Part shown: in pieces, positions 13,558 through 27,964 of the stretch
Numbering within the stretch: position 1 is the first letter of the stretch
Layout of the letters: every line of letters starts with the position of its first letter
Assembly (NCBI GenBank): GCA_964016885.1
Contig: OZ024742.1
Coordinates: forward strand, 282,534,001 to 282,598,000
Length of the DNA stretch: 64,000 nucleotides
Source of the DNA: Eledone cirrhosa
Taxonomy: Eukaryota
Reading direction: 5' to 3'
Notes under the pieces: model-generated
What the model saw: the letters and a program-made list of their open reading frames with translations, nothing else
Databases searched by the model: none
What the model was told of the DNA's origin: nothing
Position numbers and translations under genes: made by a program

Positions 13558-13694
13558 ACACTCACACACACACACACATATATATACACAAACACACACA
13601 AACATACACACACACACTGTAAACAAGACAATGCATTCAATACAGATGTTTTCTCTTCTGCCGTAACCTTGGCGAAGCTGAGTACCTCAGCTAG
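11787..13694 (+). mobile_element. Non-autonomous Helitron with helicase remnant
   Basis: A|TCTATACTATAAAG 5' end; 3' GCTGAG..CTCAGCTAG|T. 12595-12790 encodes RLSFAITINKAQGQTLKVAG and, frameshifted, HGQLYVGCSRV..KNIVY (PIF1-type helicase C-terminus). Confidence 0.8.
12196..12390 (+). mobile_element. Fold-back element family F1 in (TA)n (117-bp hairpin + tail), copy 1
   Basis: Near-perfect palindrome 12196-12312 centred on 12254. Homologous to 52518-52719, 59262-59462 and 32236-32350. Confidence 0.85.
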
Positions 13695-13895
13695 TGTATC
13701 AATAAAGAAGGTTATTGAAATCCGGCCTTCTCATGTTTTTCATTAAAGTACTTAACTCATTTCCAGTACCACCCACGAAATACCACATCTATGGAAAATA
13801 CAGATGGCGTTAACTGCTTTTGCTTTTTATAGCCCAGTCCGCTGAACGGATTGATTGGATCACAGCTACCTATTAGTTAAACCATACAACACAAA

Positions 13896-13932
<37 letters not shown>

Positions 13933-13992
13933 GAAGGGGGCATAAAATAAGAAAATGTGATATATATTAAAGTAATGCGGAAGTGGTAGTGA

Positions 13993-14061
<69 letters not shown>

Positions 14062-14109
14062 AAATAAAATAAATAAGTCAAATGTTTAAAATTTGGCTTC
14101 GTTTATTAC

Positions 14110-14160
14110 TGCTATATATATTTCGGTGACAGCCATCTTTGGCTGTGACCTCTTCAGGCA
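14110..14160 (-). ncRNA. Minimal type-I hammerhead ribozyme motif
   Basis: Exact reverse complement of 14341-14391. Confidence 0.75.
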
Positions 14161-14340
14161 GTCCGAATTAGTGTGGTAGAGACGAGTACACATGTTGTTA
14201 TTTCACTGAGGAACTGGAATCATATGATTCCAGTTCCTCAGTGAAATAACAACCCAACCAGGAACTGGGTATATCAGAGTATTGACAAAGTTATACACCT
14301 CAACAACATGTGTACTTGTCTCTACCACACTAATTCGGAC

Positions 14341-14391
14341 TGCCTGAAGAGGTCACAGCCAAAGATGGCTGTCACCGAAATATATATAGCA
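14341..14391 (+). ncRNA. Minimal type-I hammerhead ribozyme motif
   Basis: tgc CTGAAGA ggtcacagcc-aaagat-ggctgtcacc GAAA tatata TA gca: 3-bp stem I, conserved core, ~10-bp stem II, palindromic stem III. Confidence 0.75.
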
Positions 14392-14539
14392 ATAATAAAC
14401 GAAGCCAAATTTTAAACATTTGACTTATGTATTTTATTTTATTTTACATTACTCCGGATAACCAAACCAACCTGCGCACTTCGTCGAGTGCTCCAATCTG
14501 CATACTTAGGTGTTGGTATACAACCAACATATACTCAAA

Positions 14540-14578
<39 letters not shown>

Positions 14579-14583
14579 TACCA

Positions 14584-14633
<50 letters not shown>

Positions 14634-14807
14634 TACCACTTCCGCATTACTTTAATATATATCACATTTTCTTATTTTATGCTCGCTTCCTTTTAAATCT
14701 TCCTTAAATGTATTCGTTAACAATACCCTCATTATTGCTATCACTAACAGCACCACCACCAACACTATCACCATCACCACTACTACGCAACCATATATCA
14801 CCACCAG

Positions 14808-14851
<44 letters not shown>

Positions 14852-16429
14852 TCATTATTTCTTCGTGTTAATCTTTTCCCCATTCTATTAATAAACCATA
14901 ATATTCCCAACAACGCACCGTATCATGATGTAGCTGTGAAACAAATTGTCAGAAATATTACATTCTGTTATTCGTCCTTCGTAGCGGTTGGATAAAATGT
15001 TTACCAGGCAGACTCTATGGTCAATTTAATGGACTGTTTAATGTCTTTGGATGTGTATAACAGTAGAACCTGAGAAAAATAGTTATAGTCGTGAGATAAA
15101 ATAGTAACGAAATAGAATCTTTTGTTGTAGTCAAGAAGAGAAGTCTAACGTTTCGAACAGGTATACTTTGTCAGAAAATTATGAAGTTTTTAAAGATATA
15201 CAAAGAGATATCCTAGACTCCATCGAGAGAAAAGCCACTCGACAAATTGTTGTAAAATCACTCAGAAACATGTTGCAGTCTCTGGTACAAAAAGATGACC
15301 CACTATTCCTCTGACACATGGATGTGCCTCTGCTTCTCGGCATTGGCTAATCTAGTGCCGCCTCTCTTCAGACATTTCCGTCTCATTCACTTTGCCTCTA
15401 TTCATCACCATGTTCTCTGTTGCATTCAAGAGCTCTACCTTCAGACACCATTACAGTCTGTCCTTTCTGTCAAAAGCGTCAATACTCTTCAATTCCCTCA
15501 TTGCGCCTGTTTTTCCTAGAGACGTCAGATTGATACCTTTGAAGCGAAACACCAATGACATCAATATCGCTTCCATACTTAGCAGATACAAAAAGTTCAT
15601 ATTTTAGTTTAATTGAAAATCTGAAGGCGCAAGGCTTAATGATTACTTGTAAGCTGGTGTGTTCGATTTCTGAACTGGTCGGCATAGTATGTCCTTGAAC
15701 AAGACATTTCATTTCACATTGCTCAAATGCACTCAGCTGAAGAAAAGTGTAATTAAAATCAACTGCGACGAACTGGATTCCCCTCTAGAAGGGAATCTTG
15801 CATTCTCTGTTGGTTAACATCAATGAACGCAACAAGTTTCTGGGCTTTTTCAAAACATTAGTTAAATAATGATCAAAATAAAATCTGAAACAAATATAGC
15901 AAAATAAAATAAACATACTAACGCATGCTTTAGGTGGAATTATTACCGAATGCCCATGATATTATGATACACTGTGTATGATATGAGAAATTTTAATCTA
16001 ATAAACCGTAACCTAAGAATATCACATCTTTAATAGAAATGAAAGTAGTTGTAACGGTTTTATCTCATTGGTAAAAACCTTTATGATAAGATTCGTTTTA
16101 AAAGCATAGATTAAACCAATAGATTAAACTATCTAAAATAGATTAAAACTATCACAAATACGGAAGATAGAAAAGAAAATTTATCTGTGAGACGTTATCG
16201 TAAATTACTACAGTTTAGATATAGCATAGGAAACTATTAGCTTGAAGGGCTTCACATTTGAAGACGCAGCTTGCTACACGCTGTGAATATGTTATACATT
16301 ATGTGTTTCTTTGAATAATACAAGTTTAATCGTGCTGTCATTAATTGTATTTATCACAGGTACTAGGCCGCAAATTTATTAGTGTAGGAAAGTGTTTGTT
16401 GATTAAATCTTTCCCTTTTATTAACTAAT

Positions 16430-16805
16430 ACTTTATTAATCGACCGGAACACTTCGTTGGTACTTTATTTTTCAAAGACTGCGGAACGATGAAGGTTATT
16501 ATTGACTTAGTTAGTATTTGAACTGAGAGTGTAAAGAATCGAAGCAAATACCGTGAAGTATTTTGTTCGACAATCTAACGATTTTGTCTACCGCCCTTTA
16601 ATCATTTTAAAGAGCGGCACAAGGCTAGGAATATGATAGGAAGGTGTTAGTCAATTAATTCGCACCCGACCCCAGGACTTGACTGGTGCATTATCTTTTT
16701 TGATCCAGGAAAGTTTAAAGGTAAATGTCACCTCGGTATGATGTGAACTCAGAACATAAAGAGCGGAAACAAACACTGCGAGGCGTTTTACCCAATGGTC
16801 AAATG
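16430..16805 (-). mobile_element. Two degraded tRNA-SINE copies
   Basis: tggtactttatt..gatgaagg..atttgaact pattern, the reverse complement of the SINE at 8549. Confidence 0.6.
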
Positions 16806-16827
16806 ATTTGGCCAATTCATCATATCT

Positions 16828-16887
<60 letters not shown>

Positions 16888-16916
16888 AGGTGGTAGGAGT
16901 AGTAGCAGTAGTAGTG

Positions 16917-16998
<82 letters not shown>

Positions 16999-17035
16999 CA
17001 GCAGCATCAACAGTAGTAGTGGTAGTAACAGCATC

Positions 17036-17066
<31 letters not shown>

Positions 17067-17067
17067 A

Positions 17068-17128
<61 letters not shown>
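16828..17128 (+). repeat. (TAG)n microsatellite
   Basis: Direct inspection. Confidence 0.98.
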
Positions 17129-17217
17129 CCGGGCAACACTGATGGTGGTGCATTTTTTTTTATTACAATACTTCATAATCCATCCATGATGACGAAAATG
17201 GATGAAAAAAAATCATG

Positions 17218-20200
17218 TCAACAGCAGTAACAACAGCAATAACAACCACAACATCAACAACATCAACAACAGCAACAACAACAACCACAACAGCAACAAC
17301 AGCAACAACAGCAACAACAGCAACAACAATAACAACCAAAACAGCAACAACAATAACAACCACAACAACCACAACATCAACAACAGCAACAATAACAACC
17401 AGAACAACCACAACATCATAAACAGCAACAAGAACAACTACAACAACCACAACAGTAACAATAACAAACATAACAACCACAACAACAACAATAACAACCA
17501 CGACAACCACAACAACAACAATAACAACCACAGCAACCACAACAATCACAACAACCACAACAACCACAACAACCACAACAACAACAATAACAACCACAAC
17601 AACCACAACAACCACAACAATAACAACCACAACAACCACAACAACCACAACAACAACAATAACAACCACAGCAACCACAACAACAACAATAACAACCACA
17701 ACAACCACAACAACCACAACAACCACAACAATCACAACAACCACAACAACCACAACAGCAACAATAACAACCACAACAACCAAAACAGCAACAATAATAA
17801 CCACAACAGCAACAATAACAACCACAACAACCACAACAGCAACACTAACAACCACAACAGCAACAATAACAACCAGAACATCAACAATAACAACCACAAC
17901 AGCAACAATAACAACCACGACAACCACAACAACCACAACAACCACAACAACCACAAGAACCACAACAACTACAAGAGCAACAATGACAGCCACAACAACC
18001 ACAACAGCAATAATAACAACCACACGACCAACAATAACAGCCACAACAGCAACAATAACAACCACAACATCAACACCAGCAACAATAACAACCACAACAG
18101 CAACAACAGCAACAACAACAGTAACAACAACAGTAACAACAACAGTAACAACAACAATAACAACAACAGTAACAACAACAGTAACAACAACAGTATCAAC
18201 AACACAAACAACAATAACAACAACAGTAACAACAACCGAAACAACAACAGAAACAAAAACAATAACAACAACAGTAACAACAACAGTAACAACAACAGTA
18301 ACAACAACAGTAACAACAACAGAAACAACAACAGTAACAACAACAGTAACAACAACAGAAACAACAACAGTAAAAACAACAGAAACAACAACAGTAACAA
18401 CAACAGAAACAACAATAACAACCACAATAACAACTACAGTAACAACAACAGTAATAACAACTGTAACAACAACAGTAACAACAACAGAAACAACAATAAC
18501 AACAACAGTAACAACAACAGAAACAACAGTAACAACAACAGTAACAACAACAGTAACAACAACAGTAACAACAACAGTAACAACAACAGTAACAACAACT
18601 GTAACAACAACAGTAACAACAACAGTAACAACAACAGTAATAACAACTGTAACAACAACAGTAACAACAACAGTAACGACAACAGTAACAACAACCGAAA
18701 CAACAACAGAAACAACAACAGTAACAACAACTGTAACAACAACAGTAACAACAACAGTAACAACAACAGAAACAACAACAGTAACAACAACAGTAACAAC
18801 AACAGTAACAACAACAGTAACAACAACAGAAACAACAACAGTAACAACAACAGTAACAACAACAGTAACAACAGTAACCACAACAATAACAACAACAGTA
18901 ACAACAACAGTAACAACAACAGTAACAACAACAGTAACAACAACAGTAACAACAACAGAAACAACAACAGAAACAACAACAGTAACAACAACAGTAACAA
19001 CAACAGTAACAACAACAATAACAACTACAGTAACAACAACAGTAACAACAACAGTAACAACAATAACAACAACAGTAACAACAACAGTAACAACAACAGA
19101 AACAACAACAGTAACAACAACAATGACAACAACACTAACAACTACAGTAACAACAACAGTAACAACAACAGTAACAACAGTAACCACAACAATAAAAACA
19201 ACAGTAACAACAACAGTAACAACAACAGTAACAACAACAGTAACAACAGTAACAACAACAGTAACAACAACTGTAACAACAACAGTAACAACAACAGTAA
19301 CAACAACAGTAACAACAACAGTAACAACAGTAACCACAACAATAACAACAACAGTAACAACAACAATAACAACAACAGTAACAACAACAGTAACAACAAC
19401 AGTAACAACAACAGTAACAACAACAGTAACAACAGTAACAACAACAGTAACAACAACAGTAACAACAACAGTAACAACAACCGAAAAAACAACAGTAACA
19501 ACAACAGTAACAACAACAGTAACAACAACAGTAACAACAACAGTAACAACAACAATAACAACAACAGTAACAACTACAGTAACAACAACAGTAACAACAA
19601 CAGTAACAACAACAGTAACAACAACAATAACAACAACAGTAACAACAACAGTAACAACAACAGTAACAACAACAATAACAACAACAGTAACAACAACAGT
19701 AACAACAACAGTAACAACAACAGTAACAACAACAGTAACAACAACAGTAACAACAACAGTAACAACAACAGTAACAACAACAGTAAAAACTACAGTAACA
19801 ACAACAGTAACAACAACAGTAACAACAACAGTAACAACAACAGTAACAACAACAGTAACAACTACAGTAACAACAACAGTAACAACAACAGTAACAACAA
19901 CAGTAACAACAACAGTAACAACAACAGTAACAACAACAGTAACAACAACAGTAACAACAACAGTAACAACAACAGTAACAACAACAGTAACAACAACAAT
20001 AACAACAACAGTAACAACAACAGTAACAACAACAGTAACAACAACAGTAACAACAACAGTAACAACAACAGTAACAACAACTGTAACAACAACAGTAACA
20101 ACAACAGTAACAACAGTAACAACAACAGTAACAACAACAGTAACAACAACAGTAACAACAACTGTAACAACAACAGAAACAACAACAGTAACAACAACAG

Positions 20201-21343
20201 TAACAACAACAGTAACAACAACAATAACAACAACAGTAACAACAACAGTAATAACAACAGTAACAACAACTGTAACAACAACAGAAACAACAACAGTAAC
20301 AACAACTGTAACAACAACAGTAACAACAACAGTAACAACAACAGTAACAACAACAGTAACAACAACAGAAACAACAACAGTAACAACAACAGTAACAACA
20401 ACAGAAACAACAGTAACAACAACAGTAACAACAACAGTAACAACAACAGTAACAACAACAGTAACAACAACAGTAACAACAACTGTAACAACAACAGTAA
20501 CAACAACAGTAACAACAACAGAAACAACAACAGTAACAACAACAGTAACAACAACAGTAACAACAACAGTAACAACAGTAACAACAACAGTAACAACAAC
20601 AGTAACAACAACAGTAACAACAACAGAAACAACAACAGTAACAACAACAGTAACAACAACAGTAACAACAACAGTAACAACAACAGTAACAACAACAGTA
20701 ACAACAACAGTAACAACAACAGTAACAACAACAGAAACAACAACAGTAACAACAACAGAAACAACAACAGTAACAACAACAGTAACAACAACAGTAACAA
20801 CAACAGTAACAACAACAGTAACAACAACAGAAACAACAACAGTAACAACAACAGTAACAACAACAGTAACAACAACAGTAACAACAACAGTAACAACAAC
20901 AGTAACAACAACAGTAACAACAACAGTAACAACAACAGAAACAACAACAGTAACAACAACAGTAACAACAACAGAAACAACAGTAACAACAACAGTAACA
21001 ACAAGAGTAACAACAACAGTAACAACAACAGTAACAACAACTGTAACAACAACAGTAACAACAACAGTAGCAACAACAGAAACAACAACAGTAACAACAA
21101 CAGTAACAACAACAGTAACAACAACAGAAACAACAACAGTAACAACAACAGTAACAACAACAGTAACAACAACAGTAACAACAACAGTAACAACAACAGT
21201 AACAACAACAGTAACAACAACAGTAACAACAACAGAAACAACAACAGTAACAACAACAGTAACAACAACAGTAACAACAACAGTAACAACAACAGAAACA
21301 ACAACAGTAACAACAACAGTAACAACAACAGTAACAACAACAG
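17218..21343 (+). repeat. 4.1-kb AAC-based minisatellite (12-bp unit ACAACAACAGTA; 5' part AAC/CAC/AGC variants)
   Basis: Direct inspection; accounts for the poly-N, poly-T and poly-V ORFs. Confidence 0.97.
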
Positions 21344-21474
21344 CCGCGGTAGCAACATTTGGAGATGGAAGAAAAATAAACAAAGCGAAATACGAAGGAT
21401 TTAGAGAAGAATGAAAGAGAGGAAGTGAGGAAGAAAAAGAAGTTGAATAAATGAAAATTGAAAAGAAAAGAACC

Positions 21475-22730
21475 GCTTGGTTGGGTTATAGGAATTGTGG
21501 TGGTCTGGAGGCTGGCTGGCTAGCGGGTCGTATGGATGATTGGATAGCTGTCTGGTTGGCTGGGAGTGGTTGGCTGGGTGGTTGGCTGGGCTGGTTGACT
21601 GGTCGTATGGATCATTGGATAGCTGGTTAGTTGGCTGATTGGTTGGCTAGGTTGTGTGGTTGGCTGCCTGGTTGTATGGATGATTGGATATCTGGCTGGG
21701 TGGCTGGCTGGTTTGTTGGCTGGGATGGTTGGCTGGGCTGGTTGACTGGTTGTATGGATGATTGGATAGCTGGCTGGTGGGTTGGCTGGTTGATTGGTCG
21801 TATGGATGATTGGATAGCTGGCTGGTGGGTTGGCTGGTTGACTGGACGTATGGATGATTGGATAGCTGGCTGGTTGGTTGGTTGTTGGGCTCTGTGGCTG
21901 GCTGCCTGATCTTATGGATGATTGGATAGCTGGCTGGTTGGTTGGCTGGGTTATTGGTTGGTTGGGCCGGTTGGCTGGTAGGTTGGCTGGTTGGGCTGTT
22001 TGGTTGGTTTGCTGGCTAGCTGGTAGGCTGTTTGGTTTGCTGGCTAGCTGGTTGGTTGGCTAGTTGGATTGCTGGCTAGCTGGTTGGCTGGTTGGCTAGT
22101 TGGTTTGCTGGCCAGCTGGTTGGTTGGTTGGTTGGCTGGTTGAGTGGTTGCCTGGTTGAATAGCTGGCTGACTTGCTGGTTTGGATTGCTGGTGTGCTGG
22201 AAAGCTGGCTAGTTACGTAGTTGTTTGGCTGGGTGTTTGATTGGGTAGTTAGTTTGTTAGGTTGTTGGCCGGGTGGTATTTATATATAGATATATTTTAG
22301 TGGGATGGCTGGTTGGTTGGGGTGGCTGTTTGGCGCTTGAGTGGTTAAATTGCTCGTTGGTTTATGGGTGTTGTGTAGGGTGGCTGACTGGATTGCCGCT
22401 ATGTGATGCGGCTATGTGATGAGGTGTGTGGTTGTTCGACTGAGAGGCTAAATGACTTGCCGGATGGCTAGCTGGCTGGCTGGATGGATGGCTGGTTGGT
22501 TGATTATTAGAGAGAATGGTGGAGTGGTTAGCTGGTTAGCTGGTTTTGTGGCTGGATCGTTGACTGCCTGGTTAATGTGTTTGTTTACTGGTTGGTTAGC
22601 TGGTTGGTTGATTGTCTGTTTTGTAGGTTGTTGGGTGGTTTGTTGGCTGGTAGATGGTTGGTTGATTGGCCAACACACCCATATAGAGATAGTGGTGGGC
22701 TGGCTGGTTGACTGGTTGGGTGGTTGGGTG
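21475..22730 (+). repeat. Degenerate (GGTT/GGCT)n with higher-order unit gtatggatgattggatagctggctgg
   Basis: The motif recurs about 7 times in 21530-21940. Confidence 0.85.
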
Positions 22731-22873
22731 TTTCTATAATTAGGGTGGATAACAAAGGCATTACAATTTCTGAAATGGGGAACATTATTCTTGGACAACG
22801 GTGGTATGATGGACAGATGCGAAGTTTAAAATGGACGGTATAGTATGAATTAGACTTCAGATGAAAGGACATA

Positions 22874-22947
<74 letters not shown>

Positions 22948-23423
22948 TAGATATATAGATATATAGATATATATATATATAGATATATATACATATATAC
23001 CATATATATATATGTGTGTGTGTTTGCGTGTGCGTAAAAACACATTCATACACACACATACACATGTATACATACATAGAGAAATATACATACATGTATA
23101 TACACAAACCCCGCTAGAAAGATTTTGAAAAGGAGACGGTTAAAAAAGTATTACAAACAAACATGAACAAATACATAAAAGAATGTAATGAAGGGGAAAA
23201 GTTTTTTTGAAAATAATAAATACGAAAGGAAAAAAATAGGCGGGAATGAGGGGGAAAAATGAATCAGAAAATGGCGGAAAACGAAGAAATAGAAGATAAA
23301 ATGGCGTCGAAAAGGCATTGACTGTTGTAGAAAAAAGTCTGAAGTGGTTAGCTGTTGGTTAATAATTCACAGGGATGATGGTTAGGATGTTACTTTTAAC
23401 AAGCTAACATACTGATCGATGTG

Positions 23424-23473
<50 letters not shown>

Positions 23474-23835
23474 TGTGTGTGTGTGTGTGTTAATGTCTGT
23501 GTGTGTGTGTGTGCGCGCCCGTGTGTGTGTGTGTATCGTCTTGTGTCCTGTGTATTGTGTGTCATGTGAGCGTGTGTTTAGTTCAGACAGTGGAGAAAGA
23601 GGCGAGAGAGAGAGAGATTTTGTAGATGTGAATGTATGCGATTATATGACTGTATGTGTGTATGTGCATATATAGTGAGTCATGTATGTGTGTGAGTGGA
23701 AGTGTGACATTGGGGTGAGAGACAGATTTTGTATGTGTATGGATGTGGTTGTGTGGCTGTATATTCGTGTATATATATTTATATGTATATATGTGCGTGT
23801 GTGTGTGCTTATGTGTGTGTGCATGTGTGTGTACT

Positions 23836-23898
<63 letters not shown>

Positions 23899-24107
23899 TT
23901 ATGTGCGTGTGTGTGTGTGTGTGTGTCTGTCTCTGTATCTATTTGTGTTTGTGTGTATGCACGCTTTAGCCAAAATAACCCTTTCAGTCTCCGCGAGTTT
24001 TTGTACGTGTGGAGGTGTGAACAGCTTTGTATGTGTGTACATGTTTAGTAGATTTCTTCCTGTGTGTGTGTGCGTGTTTAGTTACATGCGTGTGTCATGC
24101 CGGGATG

Positions 24108-25037
24108 TGTGTAAGTGAACATGTGTAAGCGAACATGTGTAAGCGAACATGTGTAAGTGAACGTGTGTAAGCGAACATGTGTAAGCGAACATGTGTAAGC
24201 GAACATGTGTAAGCGAACATGTGTAAGCGAACATGTGTAAGTGAACATGTGTAAGCGAACATGTGAAAGTGAACATGTGTAAGTGAACATGTGTAAGCGA
24301 ACATGTGTAAGCGAACATGTGTAAGCAAACATGTGTAAGTGAACATGTTTAAGTGAACATGTGTAAGTGAACATGTGTAAGTGAATATGTGTAAGTGAAC
24401 ATGTGTAAGTGAACATGTGTAAGCGAACATGTGTAAGTGAACATGTGTAAGTGAACATGTGTAAGTGAACATGTGTAAGCGAACATGTGTAAGTGAACAT
24501 GTGTAAGTGAACATGTTTAAGTGAACATGTGTAAGTGAATATGTGTAAGTGAACATGTGTAAGTGAACGTGTGTAAGTGAACATGTGTAAGTGAACATGT
24601 GTAAGTGAACATGTTTAAGTGAACATGTTTAAGTGAACATGTGTAAGTGAACATGTGTAAGTGAATATGTGTAAGTGGACATGTGTAAGTGAACATGTGT
24701 AAGTGAACATATGTAAGTGAACGTGTGTAAGTGAACATGTGTAAGCGAACATATGTAAGTGAACATGTGTAAGTGAACATGTGTAAGTGAACATATGTAA
24801 GTGAATATGTGTAAGTGGACATGTGTAAGTGAACATGTGTAAGTGAACATGTGTAAGTGAACGTGTGTAAGTGAACATGTGTAAGTGAACATGTGTAAGT
24901 GAACGTGTTTAAGTGAACATGTGTAAGTGAATATGTGTAAGTGAACATGTGTAAGTGAACATGTGTAAGTGAACATGTGTAAGTGAACATGTGTAAGTGA
25001 ACGTGTGTAAGTGAACATGTGTAAGCGAACATGTGTG
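24108..25037 (+). repeat. 14-bp minisatellite (GAACATGTGTAAG[C/T])n, ~66 units
   Basis: Direct inspection. Confidence 0.98.
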
Positions 25038-25247
25038 TGAAGATTTTGTTTATTCGTCTGTGTGCATCTGTTGGCGTGTGTGTGTGTGTGTGTATGTGTC
25101 TCTGCATGTGTAAACATGAGTGTTTATTTGAGTGAATTTGTGTGTGTGTGTTTCTTCATGTATAACTCTCAGTGTCTCTCTTCGTGTATATGCCTTTTTG
25201 TGTGTTTTACACATGTATATCTGTGTGAACATGTTTAAATGTGTGTA

Positions 25248-25290
<43 letters not shown>

Positions 25291-25348
25291 GAGAGGGGAG
25301 GAGGAGAGACAGCTATCAATGTGTGTTTGACTGTCTGTGTATGTATCT

Positions 25349-25449
<101 letters not shown>

Positions 25450-25544
25450 GAAGAAAGAGTCGATCGACTTTCGTCAAATCGGACCGAGGAAACAATGTTT
25501 CCGTTGGCCTTTCCAATTGCTAATACTATCTATCGGTCGCAACT

Positions 25545-25672
25545 CCAGGTAGAAGGAGCAACGTGAAATAAAGTGTCTTGTTCAAGGACATAACGCATCA
25601 TCTGGTCCAGGAATCGAACTCACAACCTCACTATTGTGAATCTAATTCTCTAACCACTCAGCCACGCGCCTT
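25545..25672 (-). mobile_element. tRNA-derived SINE head fragment
   Basis: Reverse complement reads ggcgcgtggctgagtggttagag..gagttcgattcctgg..gtccttgaacaagacac (A/B boxes). Relatives at ~15625-15790 and 59608-59670. Confidence 0.7.
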
Positions 25673-25720
25673 CATTATATATATATATATATGCATGTAT
25701 GCATGTTTTTATATATGCAT

Positions 25721-25784
<64 letters not shown>

Positions 25785-26252
25785 TAGATAGAGAGAGCAA
25801 AAGAGAGGGAGAGACAAAACAGCTATTAATGTATGCATGGCTTTCTGTGTGTGTATGTGTGTATGTGTGTATGTGTATGTGTATGTGTGCGTGTGTAGAT
25901 GCATGTGTGCGTTCTTTTACATTATGCATATCTGTGTGAACAATTTTAAGTGCGTGTGTGTGTATCAGAGAGAGAGAGAGAGATGGGGAAAGAGCAAGCG
26001 AGGAGTGGAGAGACAGAACATCCATTAATGTATGTGTGTCTGTGTGTGTATGTGTGTGTGTGCATGTGGGTGTGCGTGTGCATGTGTATATGCATGTGTG
26101 TCTGCTTTTACATTATGCATATCTGTGTGAACAATTTTAAATATGTGTGTGTGAGAGAGAGGGGGAGAGAAAGAGAGACCAAACGAGGAGGAGAGACAAC
26201 ATCTATTAATATATATATGACCGACTGTGTGTATGTATATTTATGAGTAAGT

Positions 26253-26291
<39 letters not shown>

Positions 26292-26413
26292 TGTGTCTGT
26301 GTGTGTGTGTTTCTGTGAGTGTGTGTGAGTGTATGTATGTCTTTCTCTCTCTGTATGTGCGTATGTGTGTGTGTGTGTGTGTTTCTGTGAGTGTGTGTAT
26401 GTGTGCGTAAGTA

Positions 26414-26541
<128 letters not shown>

Positions 26542-26565
26542 CATGTATATATTTAGCTGCATATT

Positions 26566-26715
26566 CAGTCTCTGCATTTTAAGAAGGTCTTAAGAAGCAG
26601 GTTTGTTATTGTCCCCAATATCGTGATCTTCTGTAGCATATGAATTATAGAGCGACATTCATTCTTAAAGAACACAAGTTCAGCCATACTTTTTTTCGAT
26701 CCAGAAGAATTACTA
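26566..26715 (-). mobile_element. RLE-type (R4/Dong-like) C-terminal fragment, degraded
   Basis: ..[24 protein letters not shown] resembles the C-terminus at 31523-31738. Confidence 0.5.
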
Positions 26716-26721
26716 CATACA

Positions 26722-26753
<32 letters not shown>

Positions 26754-26757
26754 TATG

Positions 26758-26861
<104 letters not shown>

Positions 26862-27077
26862 TACATATATATATCTTATCGCTCCAATAATAATAGCATA
26901 AAAAGATGAAAGTGTGTATTTTTGGAGCTGGATTTTCAGACTTCTTTTCAATAGTCCATAGATGTCTTCTATATTTTACATATTAACTTTTTTATCATCA
27001 TATTGACTTCAGAAGAGCAGCTGACGTCCACAACAGAGCATGCTTTTATTTATTTATTCTTTCTCATTATTATCATT

Positions 27078-27165
27078 TTTTCTTCTGTGGTCCCAGACAA
27101 CAATATCAGGTCGGTTGTCTTTTATAGTTTCATTGGTATTTTGTTGTATTTCGTTGGTATTCTTG
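27078..27165 (-). mobile_element. RLE endonuclease fragment
   Basis: IKDNRPDIVVWD, resembling the PD-(D/E)xK motif region of R4-like elements. Confidence 0.6.
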
Positions 27166-27222
27166 TATATGTGTGCATATATATATATATATGTATATAT
27201 ATGGAGGCTGTGTCTGTCTGTG

Positions 27223-27271
<49 letters not shown>

Positions 27272-27360
27272 ATACATACATTTCGTGTCTTAGGTTCCAT
27301 CAATAATCTTTTTATCTATTTTTCGTTTTCGTTTATATTGATTGTTGTCGTGCGTGTGTA

Positions 27361-27674
27361 TGTTCTTCTGGTTTTATAATTTCACAAATTTTTTACCAAT
27401 AGAGAGAAAGTCGGTTTCTAACATAGACACAAGACTCTCTCATTTGAATTTACACATCAACTAGGTAGATATGTATGTATGCATGCATGTGTAGATATAG
27501 ATGTTATTGTATGTGTGGATGTGTATGTTCTGAGTTGTAGGTGTGCATGTGTATATGCTTTGTAGCTGTACAAGTGTATATGCAGTTATTAGATGCGAAT
27601 TTTTTGGAATGTTTTACATATTTTTACTGTTCCATTAATGGATTGTACTTGTAATTTCCAAACTAGTTCTGTTT
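27361..27674 (-). mobile_element. 5'-truncated R4/Dong-like non-LTR element (ORF end + 3'UTR) in (TACA)n
   Basis: LVWKLQVQSINGTVKICKTFQ*. Highly similar to 31293-31600. Shorter 3'UTR-only copies at ~27814-27912 and ~44944-45035. Confidence 0.75.
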
Positions 27675-27964
27675 GTATGTATGTATGTATGTATGTATGT
27701 ATGTATGTATGTATGTATGTATGTATGTATGTATGTATGTATGTATGTATGAATGTATGTATGAATGTGTGTGTGTGAATGACTGTGTAAGAGTGTGAAT
27801 GTGTATGTATAAATGTTCTGATTATGGTTATAAAAATTCTCATCAATACAGAAAGTTACAGTTTCTCAAAGATAGAAACCAGGCTTTCGTTGAAATTTAG
27901 ACAACTAGGTAGTATGTATGTATGTATGTATGTATGTATGTATGTATGTATGTATGTATGTATG

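Larger units (their letters stand above)
13931..14690. mobile_element. Fold-back element with two divergent hammerhead motifs (Penelope pLTR-like)
   Basis: Left arm 13931-14199 is the reverse complement of 14301-14447 plus 14629-14690. Perfect inner hairpin at 14194-14252. (TA)n tracts within and beside it. Confidence 0.8.

Noticed and set aside
17163-21414. 1400-aa poly-Asn, poly-Val and poly-Leu ORFs as genes
   Set aside because: They are open on both strands and in several frames purely from repeat composition, with no unique domain
24108-25037. CRISPR-like array
   Set aside because: Contiguous tandem units without unique spacers, in a eukaryotic context
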